64,000 nucleotides of DNA from Malacoraja senta (GCA_038087875.1 CM075997.1:6202001-6266000), one strand, 5' to 3'; shown: positions 27,270 through 40,431, counted from the first letter of the stretch. The notes: generated by a model from the sequence alone, not told the origin. A program made the numbers and translations.

Positions 27270-27629
27270 AGGATACGTTAAATGGCCGCCGAGCTTCACA
27301 GCCGTGTTTCTCTGGCTTCTTAAAAGTTGTCTACACTCCTTCTCCCCCCTCTTTTAAAAGACTTACCATACACTGTGCTTTAACCGTCTTAATTACAGCA
27401 CCAACCTTCCTGTTCATCTGTGTGTCTGTATCACTTTGGCTTTGCACCGTGTGAATTATTTAGACGGGGCAAGCGGGGGGAGCGCTGTCTAAAAAATTTG
27501 CACAGGCTGGTGAAGGAAGCGATGTGTTTGTGTGTGTGTTCCACTCTGACGGTCACCGTTCCAGGCGACTGCCGGCAACTTGACAGTCGCCGGCAGTCCA
27601 TTGAAAAATCGCCTAAGTGGGACAGGCCC
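27270..27629. mobile_element. Right-end fragment of a Harbinger-like MITE related to 49076-49828
   Basis: Shares GACTTACCATACACTGTG and the terminal AGTGGGACAGGCCC with the complete copy. Confidence 0.65.
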
Positions 27630-27839
27630 ATAAGGAACAGTGTTATAGAATATCAAGTTAATGAAAAATTGTGGCAATCAGGAAATGGGGGTTAGGGCCC
27701 AGAGGGCTTCAGAATGGTAATAACAATTGTAATTTTTACATCGGATTTTTAAAAATAAATTTTTTTAATAGTCCTACGTTTTTTTTATTACTCAAGTTAA
27801 ATATACTAAACGCTGCATTTTATTTCCAAAAATAAACTT

Positions 27840-28345
27840 TATTCAGAAAAATATATATATATTAACTAAACAGAAATTGTGCAGGGGGACCGGCCGCACC
27901 AACACCAAGTACAGCGGCCCTGAGATGACCACATTTTTCTTGGTTATCTTGGAGCACCGTTTCCATAGTCCCAAATTTTGCTTGACCTTGGCTATCTGCT
28001 CCAGCCAATTCTTGTTGCATGCCCCGGCTCCTGCAAACCAGAATGCCAATGCCTTAAGGTAATCAGACCTGATGGTGAAGGGGGCGGTAGTTCGGCTGGA
28101 CCAGTTGCCGAAGAGCATGGTCTCACTCCTGATGCCAATTCAAATTGGTCGCCAATGCTGATCAATCTGCGGACCGACTGTGGATCCAAACAAAAGACCA
28201 CAACATCTTCCATGTACAGGGCAGTTTTGGCCTGAGTGCCCCCACTGCCTGGCAATGTCACCACTCTTATGCTCTCATCCTTCCTGAGGGATTCAGCAAA
28301 TGATTCCATTCAGCACACAAATAAGATGGGAGAATAGACAATCCT
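27840..28345 (-). mobile_element. Tx1/L1-clade LINE RT fragment
   Basis: Peptides TLPGSGGTQAKTALYMEDVVVF (YxDD-like), FELASG and DYLKALAFWF. Confidence 0.75.
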
Positions 28346-30483
28346 GCCAGAATACTAAAGGCTGTATGTTACAATGTTTAATAGAGTATTGTTGCATAAG
28401 TGTCAATAGAAAGGAGTACTTCACTTTCAATAGCCAGCAGCAGTGAAAATTGCAGCTGTATTCTTACGAGACAGTGGTGTCTATGGAAACAGTATTCTTT
28501 TCTCTGGACTGTTTTTTTTCTGCTTGTTAATTTCGAAAACAGGATCAAAATTGGGTTTTAACCAATTCTGCCTGTGTAATACAAATACAAACTTACATTA
28601 TATGCAATTAACGTGTTATAGAATAACCTTTTAACATTGTAAATTTCAAAACATTGTAAAACAATAATGAGCAGGCACAGTTTTGGTGTTGTTTGCAGGA
28701 TAATTACCATGGCCATGGAAGGGAGTCTGGGGAGAAGGGTGTAATCCTTTTGTGAGCGGACTATCACATTGTAAGGACGATAGGTCTGGTATTCACACTG
28801 CACTAGATCATTGCAATCAAGTGTTAAGAGTGGAATTTGAATCTGCAACTTTTTGACTTAACGATGGAATGCCACAACTGAACAACACCTACCTGATGCA
28901 CAGCTAAGTTTAGAAGATGTTGAGGGGCCATTAGCATGCCTTTTGTAGACCAAGACTGATTTTGAGTATTGGCTGCTCCTGCCCATGCTCTCTGTAATTG
29001 TGTTGTAAACAGTTCAGGACCATTAACTAGATTGATCTGTAATGCATGGGTTATTTTAAGAGGAACGGTTGGACAGCCTAGGCTTGTACCCACTGGAATG
29101 GAGAAGATTGAATCAAGTACGATCCTGTGGCATCTTGTCAGGATTGTGGAAAAATCTAGAACTAGGCTTCTACAGACAGGCATGATTTAGTCAAATTATT
29201 ATTACCTGCAGCATTTTTCTCAGCTCCTAAAACTTTCAATGATTTTTTAGTTAGCTTAAAGATGGAATCAAGAAGAAAAATACAACTTCAGGCATCAGGG
29301 CCGATAATAAATGTAAAAAGAATGGTTAATACAAGAGCCAGATTACCAAAGGTAAAAGTAAAAGTTGCGCATGAGTTTTGGTCTGCAGGACTTTGGTGAG
29401 GATCTTGATGAGGCCACCTCCAGCAAAATAATTGATGGGTATGCTGCATAAAATGTCTGTCTGGCCTACCACAATGTCTGTGACAACATCAAATAACAAG
29501 GAGTTACCCAGCAATAATCTCTGCAAAAAAGTGATGGGCCACTTCATTGACACTCTTCAGACCCAAATACGTTGCAGCATCTGATGTCTCATGTCTTAAT
29601 TTATGTGCAACATAAGAGGAAGGTGCCCAACTGATGCTGATGTGGAGGCTGAGAATTGTCTCTTACTTTGATGCTGTCATCACTGTGGTTTACCTTGTTG
29701 AAAGGTATTTGCAGAGTAGCAGTCCAAACAGCACAGCACTGTCTGAAGAAGGGTCTCGACCCAAAATGTCAGCCATTCCTCTCCAGAGATGCTGCCTGTC
29801 CCGCTGAGTTACTCCAGCATTCCTTGTCTATCTTTGATTTAAACCAGCATCTGCAGTTCCTTCCAACTCAGCACTGCTGATCTGTTGGTCAAGGGACAAG
29901 AGAGGCTCGGTTTTTAATGTGACAGTATCTCTGATTTTGTAGCTGCTGCTCTGTCAGTACTCTTGCCTTTGATTGCAAGTAATTCAGCCTGATTGCTGCC
30001 ACTATGCCAAAATGATACATTCCAGCTCTGGAACTTTTATTGCCCGATCTGCTCAAAGTCATTCTCCCTTCTGCATTCCCCATCGAATGCCATGAGCTTT
30101 GCTGTAGTTACTGCATTTAAGCATCAAGGCACAGATTGCCAAATACATGGATAACAGGAGGTTTTAAAGGAAATTCGTTTTGCCAAACTTTATTAATTTA
30201 ACTTACAATACTCACTATTTTAGAAATATTGCCTTTTCTAAAATGTTACAAAATAAAAAATATTGTGACATCACTATAGTACCTTTATAATAGAACCACA
30301 TTCTTTTTGTGAGAACAAATTCTTAACTAGATAAATCAAAGAGTAACTTCAAATATTAATCTAAGATTATTCTCATAACTTTTGTCTCCACTGAAATAAA
30401 AGGAAAAGTGTAACTGCCACAGCGCAAGAGAATTTCAAAGGCTAAGCTCCAGGCATAATGAAATCTTTTTTTTAACATTTTAA

Positions 30484-30576
<93 letters not shown>

Positions 30577-30933
30577 TAGCCATTCATTATGGTGAGTTTT
30601 GAAATAAGGAAATTACAAGCTTGAATCGTTATAAATATGTGAAGAAGTAATTAGGCCTTCTCCTTGATATCCTAAAACTATTGCTGTGTGGGACTATCTG
30701 CCGATCTCATCTCAAGACCTAATATCCTAACATTATTTCCAGAGTGTATATTGTTTACTTCCTTTTTTTTAACTTTGTAGAAGATCAATTAACTGTACAA
30801 CATTTTCTAGTTTATAATTTCTTGAGTTGATTTTTGTTCAATAATATTTACTGAATTAGTGATTGTATTTCAGTTTCCTATTTTTAACTCATTTTCGTCC
30901 TTTTTTTCTTTTTCACTTTTCTCTCATCTACAG

Positions 30934-30951
30934 TCATCAAACGTGAACGTG
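30934..30951 (+). CDS. RYR1: 18-nt RyR microexon (position of RYR1 ASII / exon 83), (I)IKRER(G)
   Basis: Very long polypyrimidine tract, then ctacag|TCATCAAACGTGAACGTG|gtaaat. Phase 1-1, with the same size and position as the mammalian ASII exon. Confidence 0.9.
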
Positions 30952-31844
30952 GTAAATCATTGTTTAGCTTTTATCTTGGTTTTTTTCATATGATTTCTGT
31001 GCAGGTCAAAACCAACAAAACAGCATCTGATCCCTGTCCCTTTGCTTAATAAATCTACGTAGTTCAGATGCTCTGAGATTTGAAAATCTTTAGCCTCAAA
31101 GTTGATTTGCTCTTTCTGAATTGGTTGTTTAAAAGAACACATAAGAGGAAATACATTAAACTCAATTTGCCATGTAGTGATCATACCACAATATTCTTCA
31201 GACAATCCCTTTCCGGTTAGTTGAAAATTGTTTTACTCTGCTCAAAAACACACCAAAAAATGAAACTTAAAATTGCTAATTTAGTTTTCTCCCTGTCAAT
31301 ATTGCAAGCTGTCTTCAGCTGAGAGAACAGTTGAGTGGACTTGTTCTCAGATTCTTGGTTCTATTGTATAAATAGAACAAATTAAGTAGTACATGTTTGA
31401 GAGTCCATGGTATTTCTTTCCCTGGCATAGTGGATACACATTTTCTAATGAAATATTAAAGCAAACAGATAAAGGACTGTGGAAGACACACACCTGTTAT
31501 ATTTCAGGGGGAACACAACTTTCGTCCAGTGACAATATGAAATTGTAACAAATTATTTAAACATACAATTCCAAATTGCGGAATATTTTTGGAATCGATA
31601 GATAGCATGCACTGTTGGGAACTCTCTCAGTAACCCCACAAATACATTTTCCAATATGTTAGTGAGGATTATGGAATCGGGCCTTTTACATATTCATCAG
31701 AACAAGCTCTTCTCCAGCTAAATGTTTAAGAAGGAACTGCAGATGACGGAAAAATCGAAGGTAGACTGCTTATAAGTAATAAGAATTACAAAATTACAAC
31801 AGCAAAGAATCTTAACAGTCTGATTCACAATACTATTCCTTTGT

Positions 31845-32140
31845 TTAGTTTCAGTTAGTTTAGAGATACAGCATGGAAGCAGTCCCTTCGGCCCACGAAT
31901 TTCACGGCAACTATTGATAATCCATTCACACTGGTTCTATGTAATTTACTCCTTACACACTCGGGCGATTTGCACATGTCTTTGGGATGTGGTTGGAAAC
32001 TGGAGCACCTGGAGGAAATCCACACGGTCACAGGGATAACATGCAAACACCACTCAGACAGAACCCAAGGGCAAGATCGAACCCGGGTCTATGGCGCTGT
32101 GAAACAGCATCTCTACCAGCTGCGTCACTGTGCTGCCATT
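31845..32140 (-). mobile_element. HE1/V-SINE copy
   Basis: tRNA-like head, V-domain GTTTGCATGTT...CTCCAGGTGCTCCAGTTTCC, and (AAACT)n tail. Confidence 0.8.
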
Positions 32141-32696
32141 GGTTTGTGACATTTTATATTAACTATTTCTAAATGAAAAACCACAGACCTTCTTTCTGGA
32201 ACACCCATTCAAATTTAAGGAAGGAATCTCAATCATCACATCCCTGAAGAGCAAGGCAGGATTCTGTGGCAGCGAAAAATTACACCAATTAATGTGGAAT
32301 TCTAAAACAACAATTGTCTAAAAGAAACAAATATGAAAAAAGAATTGATTTTGATATTTTCAAATCTCCATTTTATTGTTTTGATCAGATAGTTGCTTTT
32401 TTTTGGTTAATTAAAATCTGCAATGCATGTTCAATAATACTTTGAAAGATTGTCTGATTTTGCTTGATACATTTTATAATACTGGACATTCTCAAGACCC
32501 AGTGCATTTACAGGTGAGGGTTTCTCGTGTGAGTTGAATACTTAACATCCGCAGAATGTGTGTATGCTTTAAAATTAATGGTGTGATTTTTTTTAAAGCA
32601 TTTGTTAGAAGGCAATGACTTTAGATGATTTGATGTGTACTAAAAGTACAATAGTTAATTGTGTTTAACCCCCCTATTGGTTAATCTATTTTTCAG

Positions 32697-32717
32697 AAGG
32701 CAAACAAAACGGTTCTG
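32697..32717 (+). CDS. RYR1: Candidate additional 21-nt RyR microexon, (K/E)GKQNGS(G); 18 nt if the NAGNAG acceptor at 32700 is used
   Basis: atctatttttcag|AAGGCAAACAAAACGGTTCTG|gtatgt. Phase 1-1, no stop codon, and the QNG motif resembles mammalian ASII (RQNG). No transcript evidence. Confidence 0.55.
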
Positions 32718-35513
32718 GTATGTTGATGAGCATTGCCAGTAAAAGGATTGTTGCATTGTGTGTTTTTATTATTTGAACTCACTCATCTACTTATACATTC
32801 TTCCATAGCATAGATACTTTCTCATATAATCACAATTAATACTGTCTGTAATTAATTCATCTCCATTCATTTTGAGTGGCTACTCTGTTTCCTCATTTAA
32901 TATTGTTGTGAAATATTGAGCTAAATTTTCACTTAAGTCCAGTCAGGGCAGATCAAATAAGTTTTAATTCCATTAGTTAGTATAAATGTTGAACTTGTGA
33001 CAGTCAGTGCATCTGCATTACTTCCTTGTTACTGATATTTCACACAGTTGACACTGACATTTTCTTATTTTAAAAACTAAGCAAACCGCAGGCTTGACCA
33101 AAATAAAGATATCTTCTAAAAAACACTTTTATGTTGGAAGAAAGTGAATTTGTATCACATGTTCAACATAAAGATGGTCAATAAAAAATTTAGCCAGCAC
33201 AGAAAAAAATCCCTGTTGTGCTGCTGTGTCTGAGTTTCAAATCATGAATAGAAGAATCAAGTACATTCCATCAGTGCATGTATCCATTTTGTGTATTTTT
33301 GTCCAGTGGCTGGCAAATATAGAACATGAATTAGCCCATTCATCACAGTTGACAATCCACTTCCTTAAATCCATTTTCAATCAGCATTATTATTTTGCAG
33401 TAAACTACTTAATCATCCATTGAGCCAAACAAAGGGATTTCTGGATGACTTCCATTTGCCAGCAGTTTCCAGCACAGGTTTATGTATTCTGTGCTGGTAA
33501 CTGATAGAAGCAAAATGTACACTCAATAGGCTTCCTGAAGTGACAACACAAATCAATCTTAATAAATCACATTTTTGTACCCCATATTTCTGGACTATTC
33601 CCTGTATTTTCGTAGATAATCCATCATCTTGAAATGTCTGCACATTTCTGCTTCCCAATAGGACTCAGTAAAGCAAGAAACAGCAAAATGAACCACATTA
33701 ACCATAACACAATCTGAGCAGAAGATTGGAAGGAGAATAAAGTTTCCTAAATATAACAAACCAACCTTCCTCCAAAAACTGTCGTATTTGACAATCCATG
33801 CTTTTTGTTTCTCATTTTGTTGCCTTGTTCCTCACATACCAGCTCCAACCATCATAAGATCTATTTGGCACCAGAATGAAGCAATTAGTCTGACAAAATA
33901 CACAATGACAAAGTGGCCGTTTTAATTTTATATATCTTATAAATATTATCAACATGATTTATCAATGCTGTTTTTGTGTGTTTCATATTACTACTTGGTT
34001 TTATTTTGGAAAAAACAGATATGGTAAAAGGCTATACCATGATCTATTGTTAACATCTGCCCATATGAGGGATGGGAATGTTGTACGGTGTTGAATAGAT
34101 CCCACAAATAACTCTGTGCTTGTCTTCATGACCATCATCATCTCATATGTTATTTCAATGTCTCTGCATCAGTGATTTAGACATTGAAATCACATGTAAC
34201 GTGATGGACGGAAAGGTACAGCTGGTGGCATAGGAGAAGGGTGTTGACAGATGCAGTGAAGAAAGAATCCCTCAAGATGTTAGGACCTTTTTGAGTACCT
34301 GTAGATTCTCTTCACAGATTTCAACCCAGGCAAGGGATGTAATTGTGGAAATGAGAGGCCACTCCTATGCCAGTTGCTTTTGATGTTCAGATACCAGGGT
34401 TCATGCTATGACATTACTATGTGCCTCTCACTCTATGCTTCATCTGCAGTAATTTCATTTGAAATAACCTCCGAAAGCCTTGTCCATACTGAAATTACAA
34501 ACAACTTTCCAGTAAACAGACCACAACAGCTGACCAGTTTCTTCTGACGAGTGATGACTTTATAAGGCATGGAGAATTAATTTGAAAGGAATTCCCTTCC
34601 TGAAGCACATTATAATGGTTCAGGGTTGATGAAGAACACCACAATGACATTTCCATAATTACCATCTGAGCATACCAGCAGAATAATTTGACTGCTTTCT
34701 CGAGGAATCTGAGAAGTAACCAAGAAGGTAGATAAAGAAGGGGGGTGGGGGTAGTAGACATAGTCTACATGAACTTCAGCAAGGCTTTTAATAAGGTTCT
34801 GCATGATAGGTTACTCTGCAAGGTTGGATCGTATGGGATCCAGGGAGAGCTGACTAATTGGAGATATAATTGGCTCTATGATAGGAAGCTGAGGGTGATG
34901 CTGGAAGGATATTTTTCGGACTGAAGGCTCATGACTAGGGTATGCCTCAGCAGTCGGTGCTGGACCTATTATTGCTAGTCATCTATATAAACAAAATGGA
35001 TGACTATGTGCAACGCATGGTTAGTAAATTTGCAGAGGACGCTAAAACGGGTTGAGGAATGGCAAATGGAGTTTAATTCTGCCAAGTGTGAGGTGTTGCA
35101 TTTCAGGAGGTTAAACCGGGGTAGGACTTCCACAATGAACAGTAGGGGTCTGCAGACTGTTATAGAACTGACACCAAGTGTTGTAAGGGGAGCACTTTGT
35201 GACCAGTGACCATAATTCTATTAGTTTTTAAATAGTTGTGGCGAAAGATAGGACTGTTCCACAAGCTAAAGGCAAGACAAAATTTGATGACATTAGATAG
35301 GAACTTGCAAAAAAATTGATTGGGAGAGGTTGTTTGCAAGTAATGGAAAATCTGGCAAGTGGAGGGCTTTTAAAAGTGAGATAGGGAGAGTTCAGGGCCT
35401 GCTTGTTCCTATGTGAGTAAAAGGCAAGTTGACAGGATTAAGAAACCTTGGTTGACGATGGATATTAAGGCATACAGGTCTGGAAAAAAAAAGGTATATG
35501 CCAGTTATAGACA

Positions 35514-35786
35514 GGGCAGCATGGTGGCGCAGCGATACAGTTGCTGCCTTACAGTGCCAGAGACCTGAGTACGGAGTTTGTACGTTCTCTCCGTGACCTG
35601 CGTGGGTTTTCTCCAGGAAGCTCCGGTTTTCTCCCACTCCATAAACACGTTTGTAAGCTAATTGGTTTGGCTTGGTATAAATGTAAATTGTTCCTAGTGT
35701 GTATAGGATAGTGCTAGTGTGTGTGGATCACTGGTAGGCATGGACTCGGTGGGCCAAAAGGCGTCGTATCTCTAAACTAAACTAAG
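35514..35786 (+). mobile_element. HE1/V-SINE copy inserted in old CR1 debris (about 34690-36570)
   Basis: Head GGGCAGCATGGTGGCGCAGCG, V-domain GGAGTTTGTACGTTCTCTCCGTGACCTGCGTGGG, and (AAACT)n tail. Confidence 0.85.
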
Positions 35787-36572
35787 CTGGGATTAAACAA
35801 ATCCCTTGTGGAATATAAAGGACATAGGAGTTCACTTCAAAGGGAAATCATGAGGGAAGAAAAAGATATTATGTAGCTTTCGCAGATGAGGTAAAGGAGA
35901 ATCCTAAGAGATTATGAATTATATTAAGAGCAAACCATGCTTTTATTTAAGAAAAGATGCATGGCCAGGGAACAACAGGCCGGTTAGTCTCATATCAGTG
36001 ATGGGAAAGTTATTTGAGAGGATACTAAGAGCCATGGCCAAACAGCATTTGAAAAGGAAGTACTGATTTGGAATGTAGACAAAAGTGCTGGAGAAACTCA
36101 GCGGGTGCAGCAGCATCTATGGAGCAAAGGAAATAGCGAACGTTTCGGGCCGAAAACCTTCTTCAGACTGGTTCAAATACTGATTTGGAATGGTCACTAT
36201 GGCTTTTTGCATGGAAAATCATCTCTAAAAGTTTAGTTTATTGAAGAAGTGATCGAGCATTGGCCAGGGCAGGGCAGGTGAACTGGTCCAATTTGAATAC
36301 GTTTGGCCTATATCCATATATACCTTTCCTATCCATGTACCTGCCTAATTATCTTTTAATTGTCCCCGTTCTACTACATCCCCTAGCAACTGATTCCATA
36401 TATCCAAAACCCTCTGAGAGAAAATGTTGATCCTATGTTCTCCTTTAAATCTTTGCCCTCTCAAATTAGTGACTCTACTTCCCTTGAAAAAAGAGTGACC
36501 ATCACCTTATCGATACACCTCATGATATTGTATATCTCTGTAAGGTCACCCCTCATCCTCCTATCCTCTTGA

Positions 36573-37416
36573 CCTCGGTGTTGTATGGAATGTGCACGTT
36601 CTCCGTGTGACCACGATGGTTTCCTCTGGGTGCTCTAGTTTTGTCCCACATCCCAAAGACGTGGGGGTTTGTATGTAAATTGACCTTTAAAATTGCCTCT
36701 AATGTTTGGGAACGGATGGAGAAAGTGGGAAACAGAGAATAGAAACATAGAAAATAGGTGCAGGAGTAGGCCATTCGGCCCTTTGAGCCAGCAATATGGC
36801 TGATCATCCAAAATCAATACCCCATTCCTGCTTTTTTTCCCATATCCCTTGATTCCGTTAGCCCTAAGAGCTAAATCTAACTCTCTTGAAAACCTCCAGT
36901 GTATTGGCCTCCACTGTCTTCTGTGGCAGAGAATTCCATAGATTCACACCTCTCTGGGTGAAAAAGTGTTTCCTCATCTCAGTTCTAAATGGCTTACCCC
37001 TTATTCTTAAATTGTGACCCCTGGTTCTGGACTCCCCCAACATGGGGAACATTTTTCCTGCACCTAGCCTGTCCAATCCCTTAAGAATGTTATATGTTTC
37101 TATATAAGATCCCCTCTCGTAAATTTCAGTGAATACAAGCCCAGTCGACCCATTCTTTCCTTGTATGTCAGTCCTGCCATCCTGGACATTAACCTGGTGA
37201 ACCTACACTGCACTCCCTCAATAGCAAACATGTCCTTCCTCAAATTAGACCATAACTGCACTCAATACTCCAGGTGTGGTCTCACCGGGGCCCTGTACAA
37301 CTGCAGTGGAACCTCCTTGCTCCTAAACTCAAATGAATGTGAACGGATGAACAACGTGGACTGAGTGGGCCAAAGGACTTGTTTCCATGCTGAATCTCTA
37401 ATCTAAACTAAACTAA
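36573..37416 (+). mobile_element. V-SINE split by a minus-strand CR1 3' fragment (about 36738-37332)
   Basis: The V-domain is at 36575-36665 and the SINE tail resumes at about 37335-37416. The CR1 has a (TTTCTATG) tail and the peptide FFTQRGVNLWNSLPQ. Confidence 0.8.
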
Positions 37417-37467
37417 AATTATGTGGCTGATAGATAGAGCAATGCATTGGAAATGGTAGTTAATCCT

Positions 37468-39405
37468 CATAGAAACATAGAAACATAGAAAATAGGTGCA
37501 GGAGTAGGCCATTCGGCCCTTCGAGCCTGCACCGCGATGCGATATGATCATGGCTGATCATCCAACTCAGTATCCTGTACCTGCTTTCTCTCCATACCCC
37601 CTGATCCCTTTAGCCACAAGGGCCACATCTAACTCCCTCTTAAATATAGCCAATGAACTGGCCTCAACTACCTTCTGTGGCAGAGAATTCCAGAGATTCA
37701 CCACTCTCTGTTTGAAAAATGTTTTCCTCATCTCGGTCCTAAAAGATTTCCCCCTTATCCTTAAACTGTGACCCCTTGTTCTGGACTTCCCCAACATCGG
37801 GAACAATCTTCCTGCATCTAGCCTGTCCAACCCCTTAAGAATTTTGTACGTTTCTATAAGATCCCCCCTCAATCTTCTAAATTCTAGCGAGTACAAACCG
37901 AGTCTATCCAGTCTTTCTTCATATGAAAGTCCTGACATCCCAGGAATCAGTCTGGTGAACCTTCTCTGTACTCCCTCTATGGCAAGAATGTCTTTCCTCA
38001 GATTAGGAGACCAAAACTGTACGCAATACTCCAGGTGTGGTCTCACCAAGACCCTGTACAACTGCAGTAGAACCTCCCTGCTCCTATACTCAAATCCTTT
38101 TGCTATGAATGCTAACATATCATTCGCCTTCTACACTGCCTGCTGCACCTGCATGCCTACTTTTAATGACTGGTGTACCATGACACCCAGGTCTCGTTGC
38201 ATCTCCCCTTTTCCTAATCGGCCACCATTCAGATAATAGTCTACTTTCCTGTTTTTGCCACCAAAGTGGATAACCTCACATTTATCCACATTATACTGCA
38301 TCTGCCATGCATTTGCCCACTCACCCAGCCTATCCAAGTCACCTTGCAGCCTCCGAGCATCCTCCTCACAGCTAACACTGCCCCCCAGCTTCGTGTCATC
38401 CGCAAACTTGGAGATGTTGCATTCAATTCCCTCGTCCAAATCATTAATATATATCGTAAATAGCTGGGGTCCCAGCACTGAGCCTTGCGGTACCCCACTA
38501 GTCACTGCCTGCCATTGTGAAAAGGACCCGTTTACTCCTACTCTTTGCTTCCTGTCTGCCAGCCAGTTCTCTATCCACATCAATACTGAACCCCCAATAC
38601 CATGTGCTTTAAGTTTGTATACTAATCTCTTATGTGGGACCTTGTCGAAAGCCTTCTGAAAGTCCAGATATAACACATCCACTGGTTCTCCCTTATCCAC
38701 TCTACTAGTTACATCCTCGAAAAATTCTATAAGATTCGTCAGACATGATTTACCTTTCATAAATCCATGCTGACTTTGTCCAATGATTTCACCACTTTCC
38801 AAATGTGCTGCTATCCCATCTTTAATAACTGATTCTAGCAATTTCCCCACTACCGACGTTAGACTAACTGGTCTGTAATTCCCCATTTTCTCTCTCCCTC
38901 CCTTTTTAAAAAGTGTGGTTACATTAGCTACCCTCCAATCCTCAGGAACTACTCCAGAATCTAGAGAGTGTTGAAAAATTATCACTAATGCATCCACTAT
39001 TTCTGTGGCTACTTCCTTAAGTACTCTGGGATGCATCCTATCTGGCCCTGGGGATTTATCGGCCTTTAATCCATTCAATTTACCTAACACCACTTCCCGG
39101 CTAACCTGGATTTCACTCAGTTCCTCCATCTCATTTGACCCCCGGTCCCCTGCTATTTCCGGCAGATTATTTATGTCTTCCTTAGTGAAGACAGAACCAA
39201 AGTAGTTATTCAATTGGTCTGCCATGTCCTTGTTCCCCATGATCAATTCACCTGTTTCTGACTGCAAGGGACCTACATTTGTTTTAACTAATCTTTTTCT
39301 CTTCACATATCTATAAAAGCTTTTGCAGTCAGCTTTTATGTTCCTTGCCAGTTTTCTTTCATAATCTATTTTCCCTTTGCTAATTAAGCCCTTTGTCCTC
39401 CACTG
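37468..39405 (-). mobile_element. Young 5'-truncated CR1 LINE with a complete RT domain and a single in-frame stop
   Basis: ORFs 38131-39306 and 37567-38118 are in the same frame, separated by TAG (QQAV*KANDML). YRPVSLTS, YLDFQKAFD, GVPQGS and FADD motifs are present. (TTTCTATG)n tail. Confidence 0.95.
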
Positions 39406-40431
39406 TTGTGGACAAAGTGAGGTGATGCATTTTAGTAGATCTAGTAAAACTAGGACTTATGCCATGAATGGTAGAACCCCATGAAGTATTAAGGAACATA
39501 GTGAACATTTTTCAGGATAGATGTGTCCAGAACTAGAGGTTTAAGGTGAGAGGGGAAATATTTAAAAATAATCTGAGCAGCAATTTCCTCACCCAGAGAG
39601 TAGATCATATATGGATCGAGCTGCCAGAGGAAGCTGTAGAGACGAACACAATGGCAACATTTAAAATACATTTATAGACAGGTAGTAGGTGGATAAAAGG
39701 TTTGGAGGGATATGAGCCAAATCCAGGCAAATGGGACTGGCTCAGTTCTAAAACCTGGTCGGAATGGACTTGTTGGACAGAAAGGCCTACTCCCTTGCTG
39801 TATGATTATGACTATTGTAAATAGCAATGAATATTGTTCATCATTAGTGCACATCTCTTGTCGGAATTTATGATGAAAGGAAGATGATGGATGAAGCTAT
39901 TGAAGATAATTGGGCTTTGGACACTGACACAAGGACTTCTCACAGTGATGGGGCTAGGTTAGTTGACCTTAGATGATCACAAAATTGGCATTCTTTGTGC
40001 GAGCATTTTCTCTTTCATGCCAATTATCTCATTTTATTTAAGACTGCTGCCATGATGTCAAGGAAAGTCATTCTCCTCTCACCTCTGGAGTTCAGCTCTT
40101 TGATGTTTGAACAAAGGCTGTGATGAAGTCTGGAGCTAAACTGGGAATCGATGAGTGGGTCATTGTACTGACGTGCCACTTGGTAACATTGTCATTGACA
40201 GTATCCAATACTTAACTGATGAGAAAATATTTGGTACTTAGCCAGATTGGATTCTTCCTGCAATTTATGAACAGACACAATTGAGCAATTTTCCACGTTA
40301 TTGGATATATGCCGGTGTTGTTTCTGGTTCAGGTGGAGTGCAGCTAGTTCTGGAGCACAGGTCTACAGTACTGCAGGTCTACATGTTGTCTGGTCAAACT
40401 AAATATAGTAAGAGATTTCCAGGCCCATGTA

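Noticed and set aside
31005..31052. Acceptor-like tttctgtgcag followed by GTCAAAACCAACAAAACA (SQNQQN, vaguely like VINRQN), then TGA and AATAAA
   Set aside because: There is no GT donor (only a poor GC) and it is just 53 nt from the previous donor. The A-rich stretch is also explained as the complement of the upstream TTTTATCTTGGTTTT tract (a hairpin).
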